Positions 9,380 through 19,375 of a stretch of DNA of 64,000 nucleotides are shown here, piece by piece (the stretch's first letter is position 1; every line of letters starts with the position of its first letter). Below the pieces are notes generated by a model. It searched no databases. It was not told the DNA's origin and saw only the letters and a list, made by a program, of their open reading frames with translations. The translations under genes and the position numbers were made by a program. Where the stretch lies: positions 2,560,001 through 2,624,000 of the forward strand of contig CBDETY010000003.1 in the NCBI GenBank assembly GCA_965243025.1, read 5' to 3'. The DNA comes from Candidatus Latescibacterota bacterium (lineage in GTDB: Bacteria > Latescibacterota > UBA2968 > UBA8231).

Positions 9380-10522
9380 TTATCTGTTCGCAGCCTCGGC
9401 GGCGAGCACCTTCACCGCCTCGACCAGGGCCTTCAGCTCGGCCCCGCTTGTGTAGAAGGCAACGGAGATCCTCACCCCCACCGGGTCGGTCATGTGGGTG
9501 CTGCGCTGACCGATCTCCCAGCGCTGCCTGAGGGCGCGCGAGACCTCGTCGCCGTCCATGCCTTCGAGGGCGATGGTGACGATGCCGGTCTGCGAGTCGG
9601 GACGCCGCGAGCTGAGGATGAGGACCCCGGGCACGGCGTCGAGGTCGGCCTTTAGTAGATCGGCCTTGCGGGCAACCTCCTCCTGAATCGCTTCCACACC
9701 CCCGATGCTCTCCATGTACTCGATGCTCGCCCGGACCCCGGCGTACAGGGCGTGCGCCGGGTGCCCGAGCTTGTACTGCGCCGCCCCCGCGCCGGGGTCG
9801 CGGGGATGAAGCAGGGGCTCGAGGGTCGACTGCGATTCCCGCCTGACGTACAGAAACCCGGTCCCCATCGGGGCGAGCACCCACTTGTAGCAGTTGGACG
9901 CGTAGAAGTCGCAGCCCATCTCCCGCAGGTCGATGGGAAACTGCGCCACGGCCTGGCAGCCGTCCCACAGGGTCAGGACCCCGCGCTCCCGGGCGATCCT
10001 GGAGATCTCCTCCGCCGGCAGGCGCAGGCCGCTGTCCGCGGTGACGTGGTTCGTGCAGATCATCTTCGTGCGGGGTGTCAGCAGCCGTTCGAAGCGTTCG
10101 ACCACGATCCGGGGATCGCAGTCCAGCTCCATCACCTTCACCACCACCCCGAAACGCTCGGCAAGGGCGTGCACCGATCCGTAGGACAGCGGGTACTCCT
10201 CGCTGGAGATCACCACCTCGTCCCCCGGCTCCCAGGCGAGCCCGGCCAGCACCGCCGCGAGCCCGTCCGCGGTGCTGTTGGTCAGGGTGATCTCGTCCTC
10301 GCCGGCCCCGAGGAAGGACGCGAGCTTCAGCCGCGCCGCTTCCGCGGACTCGCATATCCCCAGGTGCCAGTCTATCGGAGAGGTGTGATCTTCGTGGAGC
10401 TTGCGGTAGTTGGCCTCGACCGCCTCGCGCACCTCGATCGAAGGCAGGCCGATGCCCCCGGTGTTGAGCTGGATGCCGTTCTGCAGGCCTGGATAGTGCC
10501 GGCGGATCTCCTCGAGGTTCAC
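9380..10522 (-). CDS. Class-V PLP enzyme (CefD/EgtE/SufS-like fold), copy 2
   Basis: GTG start VNLEEIRR; DGCQ, NCYKWVLAP (PLP Lys), VRIS; 380 aa. Confidence 0.9.
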   Translation of the reverse strand: MNLEEIRRHYPGLQNGIQLNTGGIGLPSIEVREAVEANYRKLHEDHTSPIDWHLGICESAEAARLKLASFLGAGEDEITLTNSTADGLAAVLAGLAWEPGDEVVISSEEYPLSYGSVHALAERFGVVVKVMELDCDPRIVVERFERLLTPRTKMICTNHVTADSGLRLPAEEISRIARERGVLTLWDGCQAVAQFPIDLREMGCDFYASNCYKWVLAPMGTGFLYVRRESQSTLEPLLHPRDPGAGAAQYKLGHPAHALYAGVRASIEYMESIGGVEAIQEEVARKADLLKADLDAVPGVLILSSRRPDSQTGIVTIALEGMDGDEVSRALRQRWEIGQRSTHMTDPVGVRISVAFYTSGAELKALVEAVKVLAAEAANR

Positions 10523-10536
10523 TTGCCCATGCCCCC

Positions 10537-11679
10537 TCAGCCGTTCCCCGCCTCGCGGGACAGCACCTTCACCGCTTCGACCAGGGCCTCGATCTCCTCC
10601 TCGCTGGTGTAGAAGGCGATGGAGATGCGGACCCCGGACGGATCGGTCATGTAGGTGCCTCGCTGAACGATCTGCCAGCGGGTCCGCAGCGCCTTGTCGA
10701 GGTCGCCGCCCTCCATGCCTTCGATGGCGAAGGTGACGATGCCGGTCTGCGAGTCGGGGCGCCTCGAGCTGATCACGATGGTGCCGGGCACCTCGTCGAG
10801 CTTCGCCTTGAGCAGGTCGGTCTTGCGCACACACTCCCGGCGCACCGCCTCGACGCCGCCGATGCCCTCGATGAAGTCGATGGCCGCTCCCACCCCGGCG
10901 TAGAGGGCGTGGGCGGGATTGCTCAACCTGTACTGGCCCGCTCCCCCTCCTGGATTGTGGACATGCACCAGCGGCTTGAGCACATGCTGCGCCTCCCTGC
11001 TGACGTAGAGGAAGCCGGTCCCCAGCGGGCCGAGCACCCATTTGTAGGTGTTGGTCGCGTAAAAGTCGCAGCCCATCTCGTCGAGATTCACCGGTACCTG
11101 GGCGATCGCGTGGCAGCCGTCCCACAGCGTCAGGATCTCGCGCTCCCGCGCCAGCTTGCAGATCTCCTCCGCCGGCACCACGAGACCGGTGTCGGTGGTT
11201 ACGTGGCTCATGCAGATCATTTTGGTACGGGGGCTCAGGGCCTCCTCGGTGCGCTCCAGCATCACCGCCGGATCGTGGTCGATCTCGACGACCTTGAGGA
11301 CCACCCCCTCCCGCTGCTCGAGGGCGAGCACGGCCCGGTGCGGCATCGGGTGTTCCTCGCTGGTGATCACCACCTCGTCCCCGGGCTCCCAGGACAGCCC
11401 GGCGATCGCCGCGGCGTACCCGTCCGCGGTGCTGATGGTCAGGGCGATCTCGTCGTCCTTCGCCCCGAAGAAGGCGGCCAGCTTCTTCCGCGCCACCTCC
11501 GCCGACTGGCACATCAGGGTATGCCACTCGATCGGCGGCACGTACTCTTCGTAGAGACTGTTGAAGCCGGCATCGATCGCCTCCCGCACCTCGTTGGAGG
11601 GCAGGCCGACCCCGCCGGTGTTGAGCTGGATGCCGTTCTGCAGGCCGGGGTAGTGGGTGCGGATCTCTTCGAGGTTCAC
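10537..11679 (-). CDS. Class-V PLP enzyme, copy 1
   Basis: AAGGAG RBS, GTG start; DGCH, NTYKWVLGP, VRIS; 380 aa. Confidence 0.9.
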   Translation of the reverse strand: MNLEEIRTHYPGLQNGIQLNTGGVGLPSNEVREAIDAGFNSLYEEYVPPIEWHTLMCQSAEVARKKLAAFFGAKDDEIALTISTADGYAAAIAGLSWEPGDEVVITSEEHPMPHRAVLALEQREGVVLKVVEIDHDPAVMLERTEEALSPRTKMICMSHVTTDTGLVVPAEEICKLAREREILTLWDGCHAIAQVPVNLDEMGCDFYATNTYKWVLGPLGTGFLYVSREAQHVLKPLVHVHNPGGGAGQYRLSNPAHALYAGVGAAIDFIEGIGGVEAVRRECVRKTDLLKAKLDEVPGTIVISSRRPDSQTGIVTFAIEGMEGGDLDKALRTRWQIVQRGTYMTDPSGVRISIAFYTSEEEIEALVEAVKVLSREAGNG

Positions 11680-11701
11680 GGGCGGCTTTCTCCTTTCAGG
11701 T

Positions 11702-12520
11702 TCATTGTCCTTCTCCCATTTCGTCGAGCAGCCGCTGCACCGCCTTCTTGCGGTGCCGGAACGAGGCGGGCTGCTTGAGCTCGAACAGTTCGGGTGATAT
11801 GAGGTCGCGGTATTCCTCGGGGGGACCCCCGCCGGGCGACCAGGAGGCGTACGACGTCGTGTAGCGCACGAACGCGGTGGTGCGGGGGTTCTCTTCCGTC
11901 CACCTGCGGGCACCGTGGCAGAGCGCCTCGGTGAACAGCACTGCGTCCCCCGCGCGCACCGCCGGGTTGGCGACCAGGGGCGGCCCGTCGTAGATGGTTA
12001 CCCGGTCCGGCCTGGGGAAGTAGGCCTTGTGGGTTCCGGGGATGCAGACGAAGCCGGTGCCGGCCGGCACGTCGACCAGGGAGACGCCGGCGTTGAGGAA
12101 GGTCGCGAAGATCCTGCCGTCGGCAGCCTGGTAGTCGTTGGCCGGGTGGTGGATGCCGCCGCTGACGCCGCCGTGGAAGGGCAGGTCGTCCGTCTCCCTG
12201 GTATTCCTGGCCAGGGCCGTGCCGGCGTGCTGCGGGCAGTTGTCGGTGAGGGCCAGCACCACCCGCATGATCTCCCGGTTGAGCACCAGCCGCTCGAAAA
12301 CCTCGTCGGCGTACTCGACCATGGTGATCGAACGGGGAGAGGTCGGCCTGGTGCTGGCGTCCCGGTAGGTCCACAGGGGCGCCGGCAGCTCGCTCTCCTC
12401 CAGGGCGTGCCACTCGTCGGCGAGCTGCATCATTCTGGCGACGTCCTCCGGGCATACCGCGTTCCGCAGCACCAGGTACCCCTGGATGTCGAAATGCCAC
12501 TTCTCCTCTTCGGTCAGCAA
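11702..12520 (-). CDS. PhyH-family Fe(II)/2OG oxygenase with HGG in place of HxD
   Basis: GGGAGG RBS with TTG start; FDIQGYLVL, FHGG, PGTHK, EALCHGA, R. Confidence 0.85.
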   Translation of the reverse strand: MLTEEEKWHFDIQGYLVLRNAVCPEDVARMMQLADEWHALEESELPAPLWTYRDASTRPTSPRSITMVEYADEVFERLVLNREIMRVVLALTDNCPQHAGTALARNTRETDDLPFHGGVSGGIHHPANDYQAADGRIFATFLNAGVSLVDVPAGTGFVCIPGTHKAYFPRPDRVTIYDGPPLVANPAVRAGDAVLFTEALCHGARRWTEENPRTTAFVRYTTSYASWSPGGGPPEEYRDLISPELFELKQPASFRHRKKAVQRLLDEMGEGQ

Positions 12521-12675
12521 CGGACCTCCCCGGCGATGGCTGTCCTTGAAACGGAAATGTGCGACAAGGGCGGGCGGGACTGCACCCGACCCCCGGGTCC
12601 TGCTCGTCATCGGTGATCGGGCCGGGCGTAATCTGGCCAGACACTTGCCGCGGCGCCACCGGCCGGGCAGGGTGC

Positions 12676-12873
12676 CTGACCTCCGACCTTGCCGAACGGC
12701 TGCGGCCGTTTCTCCGTTTCCGGCATCTGTTCCGCAACATCTACGGCGGACAGCTGCGCTGGGAGCGAAGCACCGAACTGCTCGCGGAAGCGGATGAGGT
12801 TTGGCCGCTCTTCCAGCAGCAGATGCGGGAGTTCAGGGGGGTGCTGACGCACCTTCACGACGGCTGCCGGTGA
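12676..12873 (+). pseudogene. C-terminal remnant of a HepT-like (HEPN) toxin
   Basis: LAERLRPFLRFRHLFRNIYGGQLRWER matches the HepT-like C-terminus; no intact N-terminus and no nucleotidyltransferase partner. Confidence 0.65.
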
Positions 12874-13285
12874 AGATGTCCCTCCTCATCCGGCGCTCCT
12901 GTTCCCGCACCCCGGCAAAAACGCAGTAGGCTCCCCAGGCGCTGTCGACGTAGAGATCGAGGCTGCGGTACCCGGTGCCGCCGAAGTGCACGAGAAGGCG
13001 CCGGCTGCCGTCCTCATGCGCGAAGGACTCGTGCGGCCAGACGATTGGGCGGTGCCGCTGGGCGTCCGGGTGCTGCTCGCCGAAGCAGACCGCCTCTTCC
13101 GGGGTCGGGCGCCGCAGTCCGTGCAGGCCCAGTTCTGCCACCGCCTCTTCGGTGGTGGCGATCCGCCCCAGGGCGACGAGCTCGACGGCGACCTCCGCCT
13201 GCGGCCGCGGCGCCAGGGGAAAGTTCTCCTGGTTGATGAAGGAGTGCACCCCGTCGTAGCGGCCGGCGCGCACGATCTCGTCCAT
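12833..13285 (-). CDS. Hypothetical protein resembling a family I recall from CPR/phage genomes
   Basis: AGRYD...INQENFP...GLRRPTPEEAVCFGEQHPDAQR...RSLDL...FAGVR. Confidence 0.7.
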   Translation of the reverse strand: MDEIVRAGRYDGVHSFINQENFPLAPRPQAEVAVELVALGRIATTEEAVAELGLHGLRRPTPEEAVCFGEQHPDAQRHRPIVWPHESFAHEDGSRRLLVHFGGTGYRSLDLYVDSAWGAYCVFAGVREQERRMRRDIFTGSRREGASAPP

Positions 13286-13350
13286 CGTGCGGTTCCCGCC
13301 GGTCCTCACCGGAAACCCCCTGCCCTCCGCCGTGCCGGGACCTGACGCGG

Positions 13351-14436
13351 TCACTTCACCATCACCTCGAACACCTTGACGCGCCGGGCTTTTCCCTCGG
13401 AGCCCTCGACGTTCAGCGTCACCACGAACGCCCCGGCTTCCTTGTACTGGTGGATCGGGTGCTGCTCGTCCGAGACCGCGCCGTCGCCGAAGTCCCACGA
13501 CCAGGAGGTGATCTCGCCGCGGGAGCGGTCGTTGAAGGCGACCATGCGGCGCTCCATGTCGACGACGGTGTACTCGTACTCCGCCTCGAGCGGCTTCAGG
13601 TACTCAGGTTCCAGCGGCATCAGCCGGAAGGCGCACAGATTCGAGGCGTTGTTGTCCATGCGCGTCTCGTGGGAAAGGTTCCAGAACCCCTCGTACTCGG
13701 TGTGGTCCTCGTCGTAGTCGAGGATCGACCAGGAGAGCGCGATCAGGCTGTTCTCGACCAGCTTCGACACGCTGGCCCGCTCCGGCCCGTCATAAGGGGC
13801 GTAGTCGAAGGGGGTGATCCAGCATTCCAGCACGAGGTTGCCGCTCTCCCCCTCCTTGAAATCGTAGGAATAGGCGTGGTTGGAGTACGGGAGCTTGCCG
13901 ATCCAGGGCTGGCAGCCCCAGACGAAGACCCAGTCCCGCCCTTCGCCGGGAGGCGTGAAGATGTGGTAGTTCTGGGCGTGCACCCCCTTGAACATGAAGT
14001 GGCTCTCCCAGGGGTCCTCGATCTGCGAGTTGACGATGTTCGGCCCTCCCGAGCGGTCGGCGTCGACGGCGATCTCGAACAGGTCGCCGCGGGCGTAGTA
14101 CATGTTCCAGAAATCGTCGTACGCCTCGTACAGGAAGTAGAGGCGGTTGAGGCCCTCGACCCAGCCGACGCGCACGCGGACATCGAGGTCCTCCGGGTCG
14201 TGGTTGGTCCCCTTCCCCATCACCGTGTCCTTCAACTGGTCCGTCCCGTAGACGTACTCCTCGGGAACCATTTCCCAGTCGTCGATGCTGCCGTCGATGC
14301 GCGGGATCATGTCCGCGGGAAACTGGAAGATCCTGAACTCGGTGTCCGTGCGCTGCAGTCCTTCCGAAGCGGTCCCGCAGAGCAGGAGAGCCGGCAGTAC
14401 GAGAACCGGCAGCATGCGGAGTTCGTGTGTTTTCAA
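13351..14436 (-). CDS. Secreted PKD-domain protein with a CBM9/DOMON-like N-terminus
   Basis: AAGGAG RBS with TTG start; hydrophobic signal; PRIDGSIDDW; C-terminal SWSWDFGDG...HQY PKD motif. Confidence 0.85.
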   Translation of the reverse strand: MKTHELRMLPVLVLPALLLCGTASEGLQRTDTEFRIFQFPADMIPRIDGSIDDWEMVPEEYVYGTDQLKDTVMGKGTNHDPEDLDVRVRVGWVEGLNRLYFLYEAYDDFWNMYYARGDLFEIAVDADRSGGPNIVNSQIEDPWESHFMFKGVHAQNYHIFTPPGEGRDWVFVWGCQPWIGKLPYSNHAYSYDFKEGESGNLVLECWITPFDYAPYDGPERASVSKLVENSLIALSWSILDYDEDHTEYEGFWNLSHETRMDNNASNLCAFRLMPLEPEYLKPLEAEYEYTVVDMERRMVAFNDRSRGEITSWSWDFGDGAVSDEQHPIHQYKEAGAFVVTLNVEGSEGKARRVKVFEVMVK

Positions 14437-14665
14437 CTGTTGACTCCTTTCCGTGGCCATGGTGGGATGACAGCTCGTGGCAGATGTTCCCGCATCCGCC
14501 TGCGGCACGACTTCGCATTCCTTTCGATGCGAGCCGATCACCTGCCGGCGAGCCGTGAGCGAGCAAGGTAAAGCGGGCGCCGGCATGGCAAAACCTGCAG
14601 CCTGTGCCCGGGCGCCGAGCCACCGGCGCTCATCCGAGCAGGTTCGCCGTTTCCTCTCGGGGACC

Positions 14666-16069
14666 CTACATCACCGGCATGTCGGCGGGCCGGTACGAGC
14701 TGGTGCGCGGGTTCCAGCGGGTGCCGCAGATCTCGCTGATCACCGTCCACTCGCCGGGGGTCAGGTGGCCCATGTGGTGGAACAGGAACCGCTGCAGGCC
14801 CCCCTCCTGCGCCGCTTCCAGCAGTTGGCGCAGGTCCCCCGCCGGCATCGGGTCGCCGTCGTGGGGATGGCGACCGGTCTCCACCCAGGGGACGATCCTG
14901 CGCGGATCCCCCACCGCGGCGATCGCCCGCTCCGTCTCGGCGGTGACGATCTGGCGGTAGAACTCCGGGCCGAGGGCGCTCTCGAAATCCCCGACCTCCC
15001 GCACCCCCGGCAAAACGATGCCGAACAGGGCCTGCACCACCTTCAGGGCGTCGCCGGTTTCCAGCCCCGGGTTCCACTCGCACAGGGTCTCGACGTAGCG
15101 GTGGACGGTGCCGACGAAGCCGTCGAAGCCTCGGTGCCAGAAGTAGAACTTGGGCAGCAGGAAGTCCATGAACCCGGCGAGGCGGACGGCATCGTACCCG
15201 CACAGCGGGGCGAAGGCGGGTGAGCGCGGCCCCACCCCGACCTCGACGGGGCGGCCGAGCTCGGAGGCGAGACCCTCGCGCATGAAGCGGAAGAAAGCGG
15301 TCAGCGAGTCGACCCGGAAGTTCATCCACGCCATCAGGTCGGGGTCGGACCCGAGCAGCCGGTACCCCCCGAGCAGGCCCCCGGCCCCGTGCAGGCGGAC
15401 CCGTTTCGGGTCGAGGCCGTGCAGCAGGTCGAACAGGCGGTCCCTGGCCGCGGCGAGGGCGGCGTAGTCGTACCCGAGACGTTCGCACAGGGGGGCCGTG
15501 CTCTGCGGAAGGTCGTCGAAGATGAAGGAGCGCCGGTTCATGTGATGCGGGGCGATCTCGTACCCCCACTCCGGACCGTCCATGACCGCCCCGTCGGCCG
15601 CGGGGAACTGCTCGAGCGTATCCACGGCCCGCGCCAGGCGCGCCCGCATGCTCTTCCCGTCCTCGAAGTGGTGGCCATCCCCTCCCGGACCGGCGCCGCT
15701 GTCGGCGTAGATGATGTAGACTGACAGTCCCCGGTCCCTGGCCGCATGCAGGGTCCTGTCGAGCAGGGCCCGCTGTTCGGGCAGGGCCTGCTCCGGGGGC
15801 GGGGGCGGCTCGACGCCGAAGCGCTCATACACCTTCGGATCCGGGTCGAACACCGCGACCGGTGGGCCTTCTTCGGTTTCGGGAGCCACGGCGACGCCGT
15901 CGGTGAGGTCGTCCTCAGGCAGCCCCCCCTTGCCGAGGGTGCCGACGCTGAACGCCAGGGGCCCGACCGCCAGTGCCTCTACCCCTCCTTCGGCCCAGGC
16001 GTCGAGGATGCGCTCGTGGTCGTTCATCAGGAGCTCGAGGTCGCGCATCACCGCCATCCAGAGCTTCAT
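14666..16069 (-). CDS. Hypothetical protein (possible TIM barrel)
   Basis: 467 aa coding-biased ORF with AAAGAGAGG upstream; no motif recognised. Confidence 0.8.
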   Translation of the reverse strand: MKLWMAVMRDLELLMNDHERILDAWAEGGVEALAVGPLAFSVGTLGKGGLPEDDLTDGVAVAPETEEGPPVAVFDPDPKVYERFGVEPPPPPEQALPEQRALLDRTLHAARDRGLSVYIIYADSGAGPGGDGHHFEDGKSMRARLARAVDTLEQFPAADGAVMDGPEWGYEIAPHHMNRRSFIFDDLPQSTAPLCERLGYDYAALAAARDRLFDLLHGLDPKRVRLHGAGGLLGGYRLLGSDPDLMAWMNFRVDSLTAFFRFMREGLASELGRPVEVGVGPRSPAFAPLCGYDAVRLAGFMDFLLPKFYFWHRGFDGFVGTVHRYVETLCEWNPGLETGDALKVVQALFGIVLPGVREVGDFESALGPEFYRQIVTAETERAIAAVGDPRRIVPWVETGRHPHDGDPMPAGDLRQLLEAAQEGGLQRFLFHHMGHLTPGEWTVISEICGTRWNPRTSSYRPADMPVM

Positions 16070-16193
16070 CGGCCGCCTCTCTTTCCAAGGGGGATCGTGT
16101 CGCTTTCCCGATCTTTCGGGGGTTCTATATTACCCGGCTTTCGCAGCCGCTTCCAGCAGCTGTTCCTCCCCTTCTTCCGGGAGCTGACTACCC

Positions 16194-16970
16194 ATGCATA
16201 TCGCCGTATTCGGCGCCGCCGGCTGGCTCGGGCGCGCCCTGCTCGCCAACCTGAAGGAGAATCACACTGTCCGCGCCGTCGACCGCTCCCCGGAGTCCTG
16301 GCAGGCCTGGGAAGACGTCGACGGAACCTGGGAGGGGGAGACCCTGCACGGGGAGATCACCGACTTCGCCGCGGTGGACGCCGCCCTCGAGGGGATGGAG
16401 GCCGCGGTCCACGCGACCGCCTTCTTCCCCGGCGACCGCCCCGCCGAGGAGGAGGCGGAAACCGCCTTCTCCGTCAACGTGCGCGGCCTGTGGAACTTCC
16501 TCGAAGCAGCGCGCCGCCGCGGCCTGAAGCGGGTCGTCCACATCGGCTCCTGCCACAGCCGGCACCCGGACGGCCGCTTCTTCACCGCCGACGTCCGCCG
16601 GCCCGACGCCCACCTGTACGCGGTGACCAAGCGGCTGCAGGAGGAGATGTGCCGCCAGTACCACGAGGGCCACGGGATCTCCATCGTCGTCATGCGCCCC
16701 GACTACATCGTCGACAGCCGCATCGGCCTGGGCCGTTTCCGCGAGCAGCTGGCGAACTCTCACCTTGGAAGCAGCGGCTGGGTCTGCCGGCACGATCTGG
16801 CGGATGCCTGCAGGCTCGCCCTCGAGTCGGAGAACATCCAATTCGACATCTTCCACACGGTGGGGGAACCCGAGGCGGACGCCACCTGCGAGGTCGCCCG
16901 CTCCCGCGAGGTCCTGGGGCTGACCTACCGGGGGGATCTCGCCCGGTACCGGACCACAGAGAACCCGTAA
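16194..16970 (+). CDS. NAD-dependent epimerase/dehydratase (uronate dehydrogenase-like SDR)
   Basis: GAAGWLG, YAVTK. Confidence 0.9.
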   Translation: MHIAVFGAAGWLGRALLANLKENHTVRAVDRSPESWQAWEDVDGTWEGETLHGEITDFAAVDAALEGMEAAVHATAFFPGDRPAEEEAETAFSVNVRGLWNFLEAARRRGLKRVVHIGSCHSRHPDGRFFTADVRRPDAHLYAVTKRLQEEMCRQYHEGHGISIVVMRPDYIVDSRIGLGRFREQLANSHLGSSGWVCRHDLADACRLALESENIQFDIFHTVGEPEADATCEVARSREVLGLTYRGDLARYRTTENP

Positions 16971-16986
16971 CCGAAGGAGGCCCGAC

Positions 16987-17817
16987 ATGCCGCGGCGCGC
17001 CGACGCCCACATCCACCTGTTCGAGCACAGCCTGCCGGGGAGCTTTCCGACGCGGCCGGGAGTGCGGATCGACGAGGCGGCCTGCTACGACTCGCTGGCG
17101 CAGGAGCACGACGTCGCCGCGGCCCTGATCGTCTGCCACACGGGGTACGGAAACGACGGGAACCACGAATACGTCGCCGGCCTCGTGCCGAACTACGACT
17201 GGGTCCGGCCCGCCGCCCACGTCGACCCGCGGGAACCGCCTTCGCTCGAAACCCTCGGCAAGTGGCGGGACCAGGGGTTCGTCGGCCTGGTGATGTACGT
17301 CGATTCGGAGAACGCCGCCGGCCTCGGGACCTTCCCGGACGAGATCTGGGAATGGGTGATCGCCCGCAACTGGCTGCTGAGCGTCAACTCGAAGGGGGAG
17401 CCCTGGTCGGCCTGGCACGAGGTGCTCGAGCGCCACCCGCGGCTGCGCCTGGTGATGTCCCACCTCGGCCTGCCGGACCCGGTCGAAGCCCCCATAGGTC
17501 CGGACCGGGCGCGGTCGGGGCTCAGCCACCAGACCGGACTGGCCCGCTACCCGGAAGTGCGCGTCAAGCTAAGCGGGTTCTACGCCCTGACCGAACCGAA
17601 GCACGACTACCCCCACGAGCTCGCCTGGCCCTACGTCGAGGTGCTGATCGAGGCGTTCGGCGTCGAGCGCCTGCTGTGGGCTTCCGATTTCTGCCCCCAT
17701 CTCAACTACCAGACCTTCCCGCAGACCCTCGGGCTGCTGTGGAAGATGCCCTTCCTCGGCGACGGCGACCGCGACCGCATCGCCGGGGAGAACCTGCTCG
17801 AGCTGCTGGAAGGCTGA
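16987..17817 (+). CDS. Amidohydrolase_2 family (sugar-lactonase-like)
   Basis: DAHIH, SHLG, VKLSG, WASDF. Confidence 0.9.
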   Translation: MPRRADAHIHLFEHSLPGSFPTRPGVRIDEAACYDSLAQEHDVAAALIVCHTGYGNDGNHEYVAGLVPNYDWVRPAAHVDPREPPSLETLGKWRDQGFVGLVMYVDSENAAGLGTFPDEIWEWVIARNWLLSVNSKGEPWSAWHEVLERHPRLRLVMSHLGLPDPVEAPIGPDRARSGLSHQTGLARYPEVRVKLSGFYALTEPKHDYPHELAWPYVEVLIEAFGVERLLWASDFCPHLNYQTFPQTLGLLWKMPFLGDGDRDRIAGENLLELLEG

Positions 17818-17872
17818 GTGCCTGCTTGCGCATGCCAGGCGGGCGGGCGATCCCCCGACAGAAAGGAGCCGC

Positions 17873-19135
17873 ATGAAAGTCACCGCAGTCGAACGCATCG
17901 TCGTCGACGTCCCCTTCACCCCGCGCCAGCAGGAGATCACGCGCCAGTCGGTCTACAACTGGTCGATCCTCGAGCTGTGCAAGGTCTCCACCGACAGCGG
18001 CCACGTCGGCTGGGGGGAGACCGTCGTCCACTACACCTACGGCCGCGTCACCGACGTCACCGTCGACCGCGCGATCGGGCGCAGCCCCGCCGAGCTGATG
18101 AACGACGACAGCCTCGGCGCCGGCCTGCAGATGGCCCTGTTCGACGTCGTCGGCAGGATCCTCGAAACGCCGGTGCACCAGCTGATCGGCCCCAAGGTGC
18201 GGGACTGGACCCCGATCTCCTGGTGGTGCAGCCACTCCTCGCCCGGGAACTGGGCGGCCGAGGCGGCCGAAGCGGTGGAGCACGGGTACACGAGCCTCAA
18301 GAACAAGCCGCGGCCCTGGGAGGACATCGTCGCCCAGGTCGAGGCCATCTGCAAGGCGGTGCCGCCGCACTTCCACCTCGACCTCGATCCCAACGGCTCC
18401 TGGGAGAACGCCGCCAACGCCATCCCGATCATGAAGCGGCTCGAGGCCTTCGAGAACGTCGCCATGTTCGAGACCCCGATACCGCAGGACGACATCCTCG
18501 GCAACCGCCAGATCCGCCGGGCGGTGAACAGACCGGTGGCCATGCACTTCGGGTCGCCGCCGTTCACCACCGCGGTCCGGGAGGAGGTCTGCGACGGCTT
18601 CGTGATCGGCGGCGGCAAGTCCAACACCGTACACCAGGGAACGTGCGCCGCGGAAGTCTCGATGCCGTTCTGGCTGCAGATCGTCGGCAACGGACTGACC
18701 ACCACCTGGGACGCCCACCTCGGGGCGGTGCTGACCCACGCGAAGTGGCCGGCGATCAGCTGCATCAACCTCTACAGCCACCACCTGCTGACCGAGCCGG
18801 TGCGCGTGGTCAACGGACACCAGCGCGTCCCCGACGGGCCCGGCCTCGGGGTGGAGGTGGACGAGGAGGCGGTCGAGCGCTTCCGGGTTCCGCAGGAGGT
18901 CCTCGACGAGCACGCGGGCAGGGGCCAGCTGTTCATCCACCCGAAACCGCGGCTGATCAACGCCGTCGTCTACCCGGACGGCACCTGCATCTACATGGAC
19001 GGCCTCGCGGCCCCGGGCACCTACGTCGAGGGGGTGCGCACCGAGATCCTCGACGACGACGGCTCGAAGGAGTGGAAGGAGCTGCACGGGCGGGTGCGGC
19101 GGGAAGGGCAGGTGGTCAGCCGCTGGGAGGGGTGA
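17873..19135 (+). CDS. Mandelate racemase/enolase superfamily protein with a C-terminal extension
   Basis: MALFDVVG, KNKPRP, DPNG, ETP, PDGPGLG. Confidence 0.9.
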   Translation: MKVTAVERIVVDVPFTPRQQEITRQSVYNWSILELCKVSTDSGHVGWGETVVHYTYGRVTDVTVDRAIGRSPAELMNDDSLGAGLQMALFDVVGRILETPVHQLIGPKVRDWTPISWWCSHSSPGNWAAEAAEAVEHGYTSLKNKPRPWEDIVAQVEAICKAVPPHFHLDLDPNGSWENAANAIPIMKRLEAFENVAMFETPIPQDDILGNRQIRRAVNRPVAMHFGSPPFTTAVREEVCDGFVIGGGKSNTVHQGTCAAEVSMPFWLQIVGNGLTTTWDAHLGAVLTHAKWPAISCINLYSHHLLTEPVRVVNGHQRVPDGPGLGVEVDEEAVERFRVPQEVLDEHAGRGQLFIHPKPRLINAVVYPDGTCIYMDGLAAPGTYVEGVRTEILDDDGSKEWKELHGRVRREGQVVSRWEG

Positions 19136-19234
19136 GGCGGCTGGAAGCCCTTGGCCGCGGGCAACCGATGGGATACCGGGTCACGGCGTCGGTCGAGTCC
19201 ACCTTCGAGTTCGACGAGCCCACCGGCTACAGGT

Positions 19235-19310
<76 letters not shown>

Positions 19311-19375
19311 TGTCTTTAACGATCGAGCCTACATGGGCCCTGAAACACTGTCAAACCACCCGGCGCGGACCCGGT

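Noticed and set aside
12833-13285. Active diversity-generating retroelement
   Set aside because: No reverse transcriptase or TR/VR repeat pair is visible in the window.
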